64,000 bases of DNA, from positions 48,078 to 112,077 of the forward strand of contig MEDT01000038.1 of the NCBI GenBank assembly GCA_001724175.1. Reading direction: 5' to 3'. Shown here piece by piece: positions 49,770 to 60,200 of the stretch. Position 1 is the first letter of the stretch. Every line of letters begins with the position of its first letter. The position numbers were made by a program, and so were the translations under genes. The DNA is from Cytophagaceae bacterium SCN 52-12. GTDB lineage: Bacteria; Bacteroidota; Bacteroidia; Cytophagales; Spirosomataceae. The notes under the pieces were generated by a model that worked only from the letters and a program-made list of their open reading frames with translations, searched no databases and was not told the origin of the DNA.

Positions 49770-51221
49770 ATGAAAAAAGCAAAAATCCTATACCTTACCG
49801 TGCTGCTTACAACAGGCTGCAGCGGCTTTCTGGATGAAGAATTTAAGGGTCAGATTGTAGGCAACGCTTCGCTGAGCACCGTTGAAGGTCTCGACGCCGC
49901 CCTGGTAGGGGCATACAAAGGGCTGACCAACACGTGGTCTACCGGTTTCCTGCATGCAACGGCCATCGGCGCTACCATGGGCGGCGAAGACGTTACCACG
50001 CACAAAGCCAGCAATAAACAGGAGTTCAGGGAATTTGATCTGTTCACGGTGTCGGCCGGAAACAGCCGGACAAGCAACCTGTATAACGGCTGTTACAAGG
50101 CCATTCAGGGCGCGAACAACATTATCAACAATTATGAGCTCACGGTCGGCAACCAAACCCGTATAAACAATATCGCCGGTGAAGCTTATTTTATACGCGC
50201 GTTGTCATACTATTGGCTGACAAGACTGTATGGCAGCATACCTTTACTCACGACAGCCGAGTTCTCGATCGACCTGCTTACCATTGGAAAAACCGATCCG
50301 GCCGCTACTTACGAGCTGATAGAATCGGATCTGCTGGCCGCCGAGCAGTTGCTGCCCGAAAAAAAGCGCGATCCCGGACGGCCTAACATAGGCGCTGCGA
50401 AGGCCCTTCTTGCCGATGTTTACCTGACCAAAGCCGGCTGGCCGATAAAAGACGCATCCGCCTACGCGCTCGCAGCTGCCAAAGCCAAAGAGGTGATCGA
50501 CAACAAGGCGGCCTACGGATTTGACCTGATGCCGACTTTTGCTGCGGTTTTCGACAATGATCCAACCGTGCCGACGCTGCCCGAGCACGTATTCCAGTTG
50601 TCGGCATTCCAGAGCATCGGCGGAAATACCAACTACGGGTTCGCAGCCATGCCTGACGAAGTAGGCGGGTGGAATGACTACTTTCCGGAAATCAATTTCT
50701 TCCTTGATTTTCCCGAGGGGGCGCGGAAGGATAAGACTTTTCGTACCAGGTTTACCAGGAACGACGGAGTCAGCATTACCTGGGAGCAAACGGAAACCAA
50801 GCACCCGTATTATGGCAAATTCTGGATTAAGGGCGATGTGAAGAACTTTACGTCGAGCCTGCCCTATCCGATGATGCGTTATGCGCATGTGCTCACGATC
50901 TACGCCGAAGCCAAGGCCCGTTCCGGAGGCCCGGATCAACTGGCGTATGATGCCATAAACGCCATCCGTGTACGGGCGGGCCTCAATCCGCTTGCGGGAT
51001 TATCGGCAGGCGAGTTTGCCGCCGCCGTAGTGCAGGAGCGCGCCTGGGAATTCGCCGGCGAAAGAACACGGTGGTTTGACCTCGTGCGCCTCGAAATGGT
51101 AGAAGCAGCCAATGCCGACAAGCATCCCGACGATATGAAACCGGCGGGTACCATCACCAAAAACAATTACATATTCCCGCTTCCATTGTCGGAAACGCTG
51201 GCCAATCCCAATCTGAATTAG
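49770..51221 (+). CDS. SusD/RagB lipoprotein
   Basis: Lipobox TTGC, GEAYFIRA, RYAHVL..AEA, ERAWEFAGE..RWFDL.R. Confidence 0.95.
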   Translation: MKKAKILYLTVLLTTGCSGFLDEEFKGQIVGNASLSTVEGLDAALVGAYKGLTNTWSTGFLHATAIGATMGGEDVTTHKASNKQEFREFDLFTVSAGNSRTSNLYNGCYKAIQGANNIINNYELTVGNQTRINNIAGEAYFIRALSYYWLTRLYGSIPLLTTAEFSIDLLTIGKTDPAATYELIESDLLAAEQLLPEKKRDPGRPNIGAAKALLADVYLTKAGWPIKDASAYALAAAKAKEVIDNKAAYGFDLMPTFAAVFDNDPTVPTLPEHVFQLSAFQSIGGNTNYGFAAMPDEVGGWNDYFPEINFFLDFPEGARKDKTFRTRFTRNDGVSITWEQTETKHPYYGKFWIKGDVKNFTSSLPYPMMRYAHVLTIYAEAKARSGGPDQLAYDAINAIRVRAGLNPLAGLSAGEFAAAVVQERAWEFAGERTRWFDLVRLEMVEAANADKHPDDMKPAGTITKNNYIFPLPLSETLANPNLN

Positions 51222-51240
51222 CAGATCCTCTCCGATTGGT

Positions 51241-51275
51241 AAGAGGCTGTCTAAAAAAGGGCGGCCTCTTTTTTT
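51241..51275 (+). terminator. Intrinsic terminator after susD
   Basis: AAGAGGCTGTC...GGCGGCCTCTT followed by a T tract. Confidence 0.75.
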
Positions 51276-51319
51276 ATAGTGTTCTGAAAAGCAGAGGAAG
51301 AATATATTATTTTGCAGAG

Positions 51320-52288
51320 ATGAAATATTTTCTTGAAAAGAAAGCCTGGAACTTAATGCTCGTTGCGGCCTGTCTGCTGACCTTACCGGGAACCGGCACG
51401 TCGGTAGCCCAGGAGAATGATCTTTACCGGATCGAAATTCCCCGGGGCGAAACTTTAAAAAGCTTTTTTCAATATACCTCCGACCGCATTCCCCTTGTCA
51501 GCACCCACCGGGGGGGCTCAAGAGCAAAATTCCCTGAAAATTGTATTCCTACTTTCGAAAACACCCTCCGGCATACCTGGTCGGCGCTGGAGATCGACCC
51601 GCGCTATTCCAAAGACAGCGTCGTCGTCCTGATGCACGACGCTACCCTTGAGAGGACTACCAACGGTACGGGCAAGGTCTCCGACTTTACCTATGCGGAG
51701 CTGCAGGGCCTCAGGCTCAAAGACACTGAAGGCAATCTTACCCCTCATCTCATTCCGACACTCGATGAGGCCATCAGGTGGGCGCAGCACAAAACGATCC
51801 TCATCGTAGATCAGAAAGACGTTCCCGTAGAAGCGAGGGTGAAGAAAATCAGGGAGCATAAGGCGCAGTCGTGGGTAGCGCTGATCGTATACAGCCTGGA
51901 AGACGCCGTGAAATGCCATTCGCTGGATCCCGACATTATGATGGAGCTGATGGTACCCGACGCCGCAGCGATGAACCGCATTGAAAGCGCCGGCATCCCG
52001 TGGGAAAACGTCATCGCGTTCGTCACCCATACCGACGTGAAGGACCCCGCCATCTTCGCGCAGCTGCATGCCCGGAAAGTCATGTGCATCAGGGGAAGCT
52101 CCCGAACCCTGGACAAGCAATACACTGAAGGAAAAATTTCCGGGACGAAAGCGCTCCGGAGCGGGTACGGGGAGCTGGTGGCCGGCGGCGCCGATATAAT
52201 CGAGGCCGACCTCGGTATCGAAGCCGGACAGGCGCTGAAAAAATTGAAGAAACCCGGCAGCAGCAAAGCCCGTTTCTTTGTCAGGTAG
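51320..52288 (+). CDS. Exported glycerophosphodiester phosphodiesterase family protein
   Basis: Signal peptide, HRGG, PEN, EIDP..SKD..VLMHD.TLERTT, IPTLDE. Confidence 0.9.
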   Translation: MKYFLEKKAWNLMLVAACLLTLPGTGTSVAQENDLYRIEIPRGETLKSFFQYTSDRIPLVSTHRGGSRAKFPENCIPTFENTLRHTWSALEIDPRYSKDSVVVLMHDATLERTTNGTGKVSDFTYAELQGLRLKDTEGNLTPHLIPTLDEAIRWAQHKTILIVDQKDVPVEARVKKIREHKAQSWVALIVYSLEDAVKCHSLDPDIMMELMVPDAAAMNRIESAGIPWENVIAFVTHTDVKDPAIFAQLHARKVMCIRGSSRTLDKQYTEGKISGTKALRSGYGELVAGGADIIEADLGIEAGQALKKLKKPGSSKARFFVR

Positions 52289-52353
52289 CTTCGGCTCCGC
52301 TCAGCTACCGGGTTAGGCGTGGTCGAAGCGCGATGGGCTGAGTGCAGTCGAAA
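52284..52353. repeat. Bacteroidota REP-like inverted pair
   Basis: TTCGGCTCCGCTCAGC (52290-52305) is complementary to GCTGAGTGCAGTCGAA (52337-52352) at 13/16 positions, with a degenerate third copy between them. Confidence 0.7.
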
Positions 52354-52378
52354 CACGGATTGATAACTCTTAATAGCA

Positions 52379-53362
52379 ATGAAAATTATCCCGAGTTCTT
52401 TTCTTATAGCTTTCGGGCTGCTGGCGGTACGCGCACATCCTGACGCCGGGTTCCCCGAAACTGTGATCAGCAACGGCCTGGTAACGGCAAAGCTGTTGCT
52501 CCCCGACACGGAAAAAGGATATTACCGGGGTACGCGCTTCGATTGGGCCGGGGTCATCGGCAGCCTCGATTACCGGGGCCACTCCTATTTTGGGCAGTGG
52601 TTTGAAAAATACGACCCGTTCCTGCACGACGCCATCATGGGGCCAGTCGACGAATTCAGGGAGCCGCTGGGCTTCGACGAAGCAAAGCCGGGAGAAGAAT
52701 TTGTCAAGATCGGCGTGGGAACGCTCAGGAAGCCGGACAACGGGAAGTACTCGTTTTCCAGGAAATATGAGCATGTCGATCCCGGCGTATGGAAAGTCTC
52801 AAAAGAAAAAGACCGGGTCGCCTTCCGCCAGGACCTGGAAGGGGTGAACGGCTTCAGCTACACCTATGAAAAAACCGTTCGGCTCGCATCCGGTAAGCCT
52901 TTGCTTATCCTTGAGCATCGTCTGACCAACAACGGTACGCGCCCGATCCGTACCAGCACTTACAATCACAATTTTTTCATGATAGATCAGGAACCGACCG
53001 GGCCGGGCATTCTCACCGGCTTTGCCTTCGAGGTGGACGCCCGCGAACGCGGTTTCGGCAATATCGCGCATACGAAAGGCAAATCCATCGTTTACGAACG
53101 GACGCTCCAAAAAGGCGAGCATGTCTTCAGCGAAGACCTGAGGGCCGCAAAAAATGCCCCCGCCCCCTACTCTTTTACCGTTGAAAACAGGAAAACAGGA
53201 GCCGGTGTCAGGGTGAACGGCGATAAGCCTGTGGATACGATGGTTTACTGGGCCTGCTCCACTACGGCTTGCCCCGAACCCTACCTGGATCTCTCCCTGG
53301 AACCTGGTATGTCTGCCGACTGGCAGATCACATATGAATTTTATGAGAATCCTGTAAAGTAA
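52379..53362 (+). CDS. Exported hypothetical protein, probable galactose-mutarotase-like fold
   Basis: Signal peptide, all-beta pattern, LTN.G...YNHNFF resembling GalM TNHSYF, CPEPY..L.PG near the C-terminus. Confidence 0.5.
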   Translation: MKIIPSSFLIAFGLLAVRAHPDAGFPETVISNGLVTAKLLLPDTEKGYYRGTRFDWAGVIGSLDYRGHSYFGQWFEKYDPFLHDAIMGPVDEFREPLGFDEAKPGEEFVKIGVGTLRKPDNGKYSFSRKYEHVDPGVWKVSKEKDRVAFRQDLEGVNGFSYTYEKTVRLASGKPLLILEHRLTNNGTRPIRTSTYNHNFFMIDQEPTGPGILTGFAFEVDARERGFGNIAHTKGKSIVYERTLQKGEHVFSEDLRAAKNAPAPYSFTVENRKTGAGVRVNGDKPVDTMVYWACSTTACPEPYLDLSLEPGMSADWQITYEFYENPVK

Positions 53363-53368
53363 GGGAGC

Positions 53369-55603
53369 ATGAATAAAAAAGCTACGGTGAAGCCCCTTCC
53401 CCGGCTCCTTGCGGGAGTTTTCCTGCTGCTCGCGCTGGCCGGCATCTTCTATATGACGGGCAGGATAAGCGGGGCGTCCCGGAATGTCGACTGGCGGCGA
53501 TATGGCGGCGATAACGGCGGCAGCCGCTTTTCACCCCTCACCCAGATCAATACGGAAAATGTCGCGCAGCTGCAGCCCGCCTGGACGTATGATACGGGCG
53601 ACAACAAGGATACATCCGGCCGCGGGATGGACCTGCAATGCCAGCCTGTCGTCGTCGACGGCGTCCTGTACGGAACGACGCCTACGATGAAGCTGTTTGC
53701 CCTGGACGCCGCGACCGGTGAGGAGCTATGGAAATTCGATCCCTACGAAGACCCTGAGGTCAGGCCGAGATACCACCCGCTGAGAGGAGTGGCATACTGG
53801 GAAGACAAGGATGACAAGCGCATTTTGTATGGGGTCGGGCCCATGCTGTATGCGATAAATGCCAGGGACGGCAAACGGGTGACGACATTCGGGAAAAACG
53901 GGGAAATAAGCCTTCACCAGGGGCTGGGTACCGTCGAAGAGCTCGGCTATGATGTCGGCCTGTATTCGATACGGTCGACCTCTCCCGGAGTTATCTACCG
54001 CGATCTCATCATCATCGGGTCGTCGGTTTCCGAGGGCGGCGACGGGCTGCCGGGCAACATCCGCGCATTCAACGTCAGGACGGGAGAGCTGGCATGGTCT
54101 TTCCGGACAATCCCCCACCCGGGCGAGCCGGGTTATGAGACCTGGTCGCCCGATTCCTACCGCAAGCTGGGCGGCGCCAACTGCTGGGCCGGGATGGTAG
54201 TTGACCAGGACCGCGGGATGGTGTTCCTCGGGACAGGCTCGCCGTCGGTCGACTTCTACGGGGGAGCGCGGGAAGGCCAGAACCTGTTTGCCAACTGCGT
54301 CATCGCGCTGAACGCAGCGACCGGAAAAAAGATCTGGCATTTCCAGACCATTCACCATGATCTCTGGGATCACGATATCCCATGTCCGCCTAACCTCCTG
54401 CAGGTGACGCGCAACGGGAAGAAAACAGATGCCGTGGCCCAGGCTACAAAAGACGGCTATGTATTCGTGTTCAACCGCGAAACGGGGGAGCCGCTTTTCC
54501 CCGTTCGGGAAGTCCCCGTGCCCGTCTCTCCGGCCCTGCCGGGCGAGAAGCCGTGGCCTACCCAGCCGATCCCCGACAAGCCGGCGCCTTTTGCGCGACA
54601 GTTCCTGAAGGAAGAGGATATCACCCGGCGTACCCCTGAAGCGCACGACTACGTCCTCGGGCAGTTCCGGAACAGCAATTCAGGCAGCAAATACCTTCCG
54701 CCAAGCCTGGAAGGCACCCTTTACTACGGGTTCGGCGGCGGGGCCGAATGGGGCGGGGCCGCCACCGACCCGGAAGGCACCTTTTACATCAACGGCAACA
54801 ACATGCTCTGGTGGCTCAAAATGCGCGAAAATCCCGCGCTGCAGCCCGGCTACCACGACAGGGGCATGGTGATCTACAATACGAATTGCTCGGTCTGCCA
54901 CGACATGAGCAACAGCGCGCGTGGCGCCGAGGCGCCTTTCCCCGATCTGAAAGACGTCGGGAAACGAATGTCGGCCGGACAGATACACGGGCTTCTCTAT
55001 ACCGGGAAAGGACGGATGCCTTCCTTCCAGCACCTGTCCAGGGAAGACCGCGAAGCGGTGATTGCCTTCATCCTGAACCGTCCTTCGGCAACACCGGCCA
55101 CTGACGACATCCACCGGACCGACTTAGCCGGCCCCGGCCCGGCCGCACAGGATTTTCCCTACCAGTCGCCCTATCTTCCCAACGGGATGATCCAGTTCCG
55201 CGACCCCGACCATTATCCGGCCATTGCACCACCCTGGGGAACGCTCAACGCTATCGATCTCAATACCGGGGAGTACCGCTGGAGCGTGCCGCTGGGCGAA
55301 TACCCGGCGCTGACTGAGAAGGGCGAAGCGCCTACCGGTACCGAAAACCACGGCGGGCCGCTCGTTACGGCAGGAAAGCTGCTGTTCATTGCCGCCACCT
55401 ACGACGAGCACTTGCGCGCCTTCAATACCGACACCGGGAAAGAGATATGGAAATACAGGCTGCCCGCAGGCGGCTTCGCTACGCCGATCACCTACCAGAA
55501 AGACGGCAGGCAATATGTGGTGATCGCTGCCGGGGGAGTCAGGTACGGCCTGAAGCCGGGCAGCAATTACGTGGCGTTCGCACTTCCTGCCTTGTCAAAG
55601 TAG
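53369..55603 (+). CDS. PQQ-dependent dehydrogenase (glucose/quinate-type) with inserted c-type cytochrome domain
   Basis: W..YGG, RFSPLTQIN..NV, tryptophan-docking repeats, HHDLWDHD, GGAEWGG; CSVCH at 54887-54901 with distal GRMP. Confidence 0.9.
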   Translation: MNKKATVKPLPRLLAGVFLLLALAGIFYMTGRISGASRNVDWRRYGGDNGGSRFSPLTQINTENVAQLQPAWTYDTGDNKDTSGRGMDLQCQPVVVDGVLYGTTPTMKLFALDAATGEELWKFDPYEDPEVRPRYHPLRGVAYWEDKDDKRILYGVGPMLYAINARDGKRVTTFGKNGEISLHQGLGTVEELGYDVGLYSIRSTSPGVIYRDLIIIGSSVSEGGDGLPGNIRAFNVRTGELAWSFRTIPHPGEPGYETWSPDSYRKLGGANCWAGMVVDQDRGMVFLGTGSPSVDFYGGAREGQNLFANCVIALNAATGKKIWHFQTIHHDLWDHDIPCPPNLLQVTRNGKKTDAVAQATKDGYVFVFNRETGEPLFPVREVPVPVSPALPGEKPWPTQPIPDKPAPFARQFLKEEDITRRTPEAHDYVLGQFRNSNSGSKYLPPSLEGTLYYGFGGGAEWGGAATDPEGTFYINGNNMLWWLKMRENPALQPGYHDRGMVIYNTNCSVCHDMSNSARGAEAPFPDLKDVGKRMSAGQIHGLLYTGKGRMPSFQHLSREDREAVIAFILNRPSATPATDDIHRTDLAGPGPAAQDFPYQSPYLPNGMIQFRDPDHYPAIAPPWGTLNAIDLNTGEYRWSVPLGEYPALTEKGEAPTGTENHGGPLVTAGKLLFIAATYDEHLRAFNTDTGKEIWKYRLPAGGFATPITYQKDGRQYVVIAAGGVRYGLKPGSNYVAFALPALSK

Positions 55604-55650
55604 TCAGCTTGGATAAACAAATAAAAAAATAAAAATAATCTTAAAATAAT

Positions 55651-55682
55651 TTTGACAATTTAAACGATTAACAATATATTTG
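55651..55682 (+). promoter_or_regulatory. Complete Bacteroidota sigma-A promoter (TTTG-N20-TATATTTG)
   Basis: -33 TTTG at 55651-55654, -7 TATATTTG at 55675-55682, 20-nt spacer. Confidence 0.8.
55660..55673. promoter_or_regulatory. LacI-type operator O1 (TTAAACGATTAACA) in the promoter spacer
   Basis: CG-centred near-palindrome with the same 14-nt core as O2. Confidence 0.7.
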
Positions 55683-55850
55683 TTATACCAATACTTCTTA
55701 CGTGCTTAACGAAACTATTTGTTTCAGAGAGGATTATGTCTGAAACAGGTCATGGCGATCCATTCTGTTCCGAAAGGCTTATTTTAAAAAGAAATTATTC
55801 AGATCAGTAAAAAGTAATGTATTAAAGAGGTAAAGAGATTGAAAATCATT

Positions 55851-55870
55851 TATGTTAAACGATTAACATA
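55851..55870. promoter_or_regulatory. LacI-type operator O2 (TATGTTAAACGATTAACATA)
   Basis: 20-bp palindrome with one mismatched pair and a central CG; a LacI gene lies in the same locus. Confidence 0.75.
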
Positions 55871-55904
55871 ATATTTCTGAACCTCATTTTAATCTGTCGG
55901 AAAA

Positions 55905-57146
55905 ATGCAAAGGCGGAATTTTATCAGGAATGCTGTCTGCGGGGCAGCCGGGCTGTTCTTATCGGGTAACCGGATCTTGGCAGCACCGCCGTCCCTGAAG
56001 ATCACCAGGATCCGGTATTATGCGGCGCCGGGATATAATAAGCCTCTTTTCAACCAGGCACGGGGCATCGTGGAGATCGAAACAAACGAAGGGATCACCG
56101 GTATAGGCGAAGGTGGGACCAAAGATATGGTCGAGCAGTGCGCCCGCATGCTGATCGGTGAAAACCCTTTCCGGATAGAGCACCTCTGGCAGTACCTGTA
56201 CAGGAGTATGTTCTACCCGCCCGGCAGGGAAAAGCTTCACGGGATGGGCGCTATCGAGATGGCGCTGTGGGACATCAAGGGAAAGGCATTGGATGTACCT
56301 GTCTATGAATTGCTCGGAGGGGCCACCCGCGAATTTGTGGAGTGCTATGCTACCGGGTTCAGGAACTCGAAGGCCACTACCGAAGAAGGCAGGGCGGAGG
56401 ACTGTATAAAAGCAGGGCTCAGGTGCTATCGTGTAGGCCCCACCGGCGGAAATGATCCTAACGTGCCTTTCGACTTCTACGAACATGCCCGGAAGACAAT
56501 CGACTTCTGCAAGAGGATCGACGGCGCCGTGGGAGGACAGGGCAGGTGGGCTATTGATCTTCATACGCGTTTCGATACCACGGAAGCCATTAAGATCTGC
56601 GACGAGCTTCAGAAGCTCGAGCCTTATTTCGTGGAAGACATCATCCGGTCTGAAAACCCGGGTGTATACCGGACCATCCGGAATATGACCAAGGTACCTG
56701 TTGCAGTCGGGGAGCAGTTCGGCGACCGCTGGGACACCAATGAACTGATTGAAGAGCGGCTCATTGATTATTCGAGAGTCACGCTTCCGAATACCGGCGG
56801 AGTTTCCGAGCTGAAGAAAATAGCGGTATTGTGCGAAACTCACTATATTGGCCTCATCCCGCATTTTACCGGGCCGCTGTCTACCGCGGCGCTGGTGCAC
56901 GTACTGGGTTCCAGCAGCCCTTCCCGCTGTATGATGGAACTGGCCGGGGGCGAACCCGAACGTCCGGCCTATTTCAACGACGACTACCTGCTTTTCAACA
57001 AAGGAAAACTTTATCTAAATCCCAAGCCGGGATGGGGAGTCGCCTTCGATCGCGGGAAGGCGGACTTCATCATGGAAATAACCGAAAACACCAAATTCCC
57101 GCATCCTTATCTCAAAAGTCCCGACGGCGCCATTCATAACTGGTAG
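55905..57146 (+). CDS. Enolase-superfamily acid-sugar dehydratase (DgoD-like) with twin-arginine signal
   Basis: QRRNFI signal; ALWDIKGKAL.VPVYELLGG; metal ligands IDLH, VED, GEQ; IPH. Confidence 0.88.
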   Translation: MQRRNFIRNAVCGAAGLFLSGNRILAAPPSLKITRIRYYAAPGYNKPLFNQARGIVEIETNEGITGIGEGGTKDMVEQCARMLIGENPFRIEHLWQYLYRSMFYPPGREKLHGMGAIEMALWDIKGKALDVPVYELLGGATREFVECYATGFRNSKATTEEGRAEDCIKAGLRCYRVGPTGGNDPNVPFDFYEHARKTIDFCKRIDGAVGGQGRWAIDLHTRFDTTEAIKICDELQKLEPYFVEDIIRSENPGVYRTIRNMTKVPVAVGEQFGDRWDTNELIEERLIDYSRVTLPNTGGVSELKKIAVLCETHYIGLIPHFTGPLSTAALVHVLGSSSPSRCMMELAGGEPERPAYFNDDYLLFNKGKLYLNPKPGWGVAFDRGKADFIMEITENTKFPHPYLKSPDGAIHNW

Positions 57147-57288
57147 CTGGGGAAGGACCTGTCTTACCGTTTCCATCTCCCGGTAAAGGGAGGGAGGATA
57201 AACGCGCACAATGCCGTGCAGCGTAAGGACTACTTTGTGACAAAAATCACAATCATCTTACAATCAACAACTTAACAACTAACTACTG

Positions 57289-60200
57289 ATGAAATTAACT
57301 TCTACTTTATTTTCCGGTTTATTTCTTCTCCTGCTTGCGTCGGCAGCCGGCGCGCAAACGAGAGTGACCGGGAAAGTAACAAGCCCGGACGGTCAGCCGC
57401 TGCCGGGTGTAAACGTGCTGGTTTCCGGAACGTCTACAGGAACCGTTACCGATGTAAACGGTGTATATGCCGTCAATGCAGGGCCGGATGCCGAGCTCGT
57501 GTTTTCCTACATCGGGTTTGTAACACAGCAGGTCAGGACAGGCGCCCGGACAGTGATAGATATACAGCTCGAAGAAGAAGACCGCAACCTCGCGGAAGTG
57601 GTCGTAACTGCGCTTGGTATTAAAAGAGAGGCTAAAACACTGGGCTATGCCACAGCTTCGGTCAATGCCGAGCAGATAGCGGTCAACCGCAGTCCCAACC
57701 TGCTCAGCACCCTTCAGGGCAAAATGGCCGGGGTCAATATCAGCACGATGTCGACCGGGCCGGCGGGCACCGCCAAGATCAGGATCAGGGGGCAATCTTC
57801 ATTCAGCGGCCAGAACAGTCCCCTCATTGTGATCAACGGGGTGCCGGTCGACAATTCGAACTATGCGCTGGGCGGCGATTACAGCGCCAGCCGGATCACC
57901 AACCGCTCCGACGGCGGCGACGGTATGGCGAGCATCAACCCCGACGACATCGAATCAATGACCGTTCTGAAGGGAGCCACCGCCGCAGCGCTGTACGGGT
58001 CCAGGGCCAAAGACGGCGTAGTGATGATCACGACCAAAAGCGGCGGGACCGGCAAAGGCTGGGGCATCGACTACAACCTCAATTTCACCACCGATACCCC
58101 GCTCGACTTTACCGATTTCCAGTATGAGTACGGTCAGGGCGAAGGAGGGGTCCGCCCCAATGACCCCAACAGCCAGCCTACATCGGGTGTCTGGAGTTTC
58201 GGGGAAAAGTTTGAGCCGGGGATGACGCAATACCTGTTTGACGGCGAAGAATGGCCCTACGAGCCGGTAAGAAACCGTATCCGCAAGTTTTATAACGTGG
58301 GAACGAATTTTACCAATACCGTCACGGTCTCCAACAGCGGAGCTAACGGCGGGTTCAGCCTTTCGTTTGCCAACACCGACAACAAGGGGATAGTCCCCAA
58401 CTCCAGATTCAACCGGAAAACCATCAATCTGGGTTTCAACCAGAAGATCAACAGCAAGCTCACCGCATTGGGCAATATCAACTATTCTCTGGAAGACAAC
58501 AAAAACCCTCCGCAGGTCGACGCGCAGGATTTCGCCACCGCAACGGTGATCTACACGCTCGCCAACTCCATGCCTTTCGAAGCGCTCAAAGCCAACCAGG
58601 TTCACGCCAACGGGGCCGAGTTTGAATTTGCGAGGTTCAAGGTACGCAACAACCCCTACTACTCGGTCAACTACCACAAGGAAAATATCGACAGGAACCG
58701 TCTTTTCGGGAACGTAGCCTTAAAATGGGATATCACCAAATGGCTTTACCTGCAGGGCCGCGTGGCGCAGGACTATTACGTGCGCAACCAGGACTATAAC
58801 ATCCCCAACGGCTATGCGCCGATCGCCGCAGCCCCTTCGGGCTATGTGAACGGGGCGTATGTGCAGGACGTGAGAAAATTCACCGAACGCAACATCGACT
58901 TCCTCCTCGGCGGGAACCATACATTCGGCGACATCGGGATCGACGCCACTTTCGGCGGCAATACACGCTATGTAAAGATGGACTTCAACAGCGTGGCGGT
59001 ACAGGACTTTGTTCAGCCGGGACTTTACACGGTGATGAACGGACGGGTGAAAGACCCGCTCTACAGCCTTTCCGAGAAGAAAATCAACTCGCTTTACGGC
59101 GCCGCCACCATTTCATACAAGGAGTTTCTCTACCTGAACCTGACGGCGCGCAATGACTGGTTCTCGACCCTGGCCCCCGAAAACAGGAGCATTCTGTACC
59201 CGTCCATAACCGGGAGCTTCGTATTCTCGCAGGCATTCCCCGAATTGCCCGGGTGGATCAGCTTCGGCAAGCTGAGGGCAGCCTATGCCGAAGTGGGCGA
59301 CGATAACGTGGCGCCTTATTCGAACGCCCTGTACTATGCGGTCAACAACAACATGGCCACTACGCCCAGCGGCCAGTCGGTCCCTGTCGGCGGTATCAAT
59401 GCTTCCTCCATTCCCAACCGCAACCTGAAGCCGCTGAGAGTAAAAGAATCGGAAGTAGGGATGGAAATGAAATTTTTCAGCAACCGCGCCGGCCTGGACT
59501 TCACCTATTATCATAAAATAACCGAAGACCAGATACTGGCAGCCCAGGTTTCCGACGCCTCTTCCTACACCAACAAGCTGATCAACGTGGGAAGAAGCAT
59601 GAACCAGGGCATAGAAATGCTGCTTACTTTCGCGCCGGTTCAGAAAAAGGATTTCTCCTGGGATGTAAACTTCAATGTTTCGTACAATACCTCGAAGGTG
59701 CTGAAGCTGGGGTTATCTGAAAATGACACGGTTATCACGGCAGGAGGCGGAGGCGGACGCGTGCTGAACCAGGTAGTAGGCAAGCCGATAGGCCAGCTTT
59801 ATACCTTCTATTATCTGCGGGATGCGCAGGGAAGGCAGGTTTTCGACAAAGCCAGCGGCCTCGCGCTGCGGGACGAAGTGCTCCGGAATGTCGGATCTGC
59901 GCTGCCCAGGTATTTCGGCGGGATCACCAACAGCTTTAACTATAAGGGCATCATGGTATCGGCTCTTATCGACTTCAAGCTGGGCCATAAGATCATCGGC
60001 GGTCAAAACCAGAATTACCTGCGCCACGGTTTGCACAAAAAGACATTGGTAGGACGGGCGGAGGGCTATGTCATCGGCGAAGGCGTCAACCCTGACGGCG
60101 AGGTCAACCAGACCAAAGCCCTGGTCCAGCCCTTCTATGAAAGGCCTAACGTGATCGGAGTTCATGAGGATATGGTCTTCAATGCCGGACACTGGAAGCT

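Noticed and set aside
54350-54380. DxD in HHDLWDHD as a sign of a lanthanide-dependent (XoxF/ExaF) enzyme
   Set aside because: The same pattern occurs in Mg/Ca-dependent mGDH-type enzymes, and no vicinal cysteines are present.
57150-57288. Hairpins and CAACTAA-like periodicity upstream of the second susC
   Set aside because: Weak, irregular pairing; A/C-rich leaders are normal in Bacteroidota.
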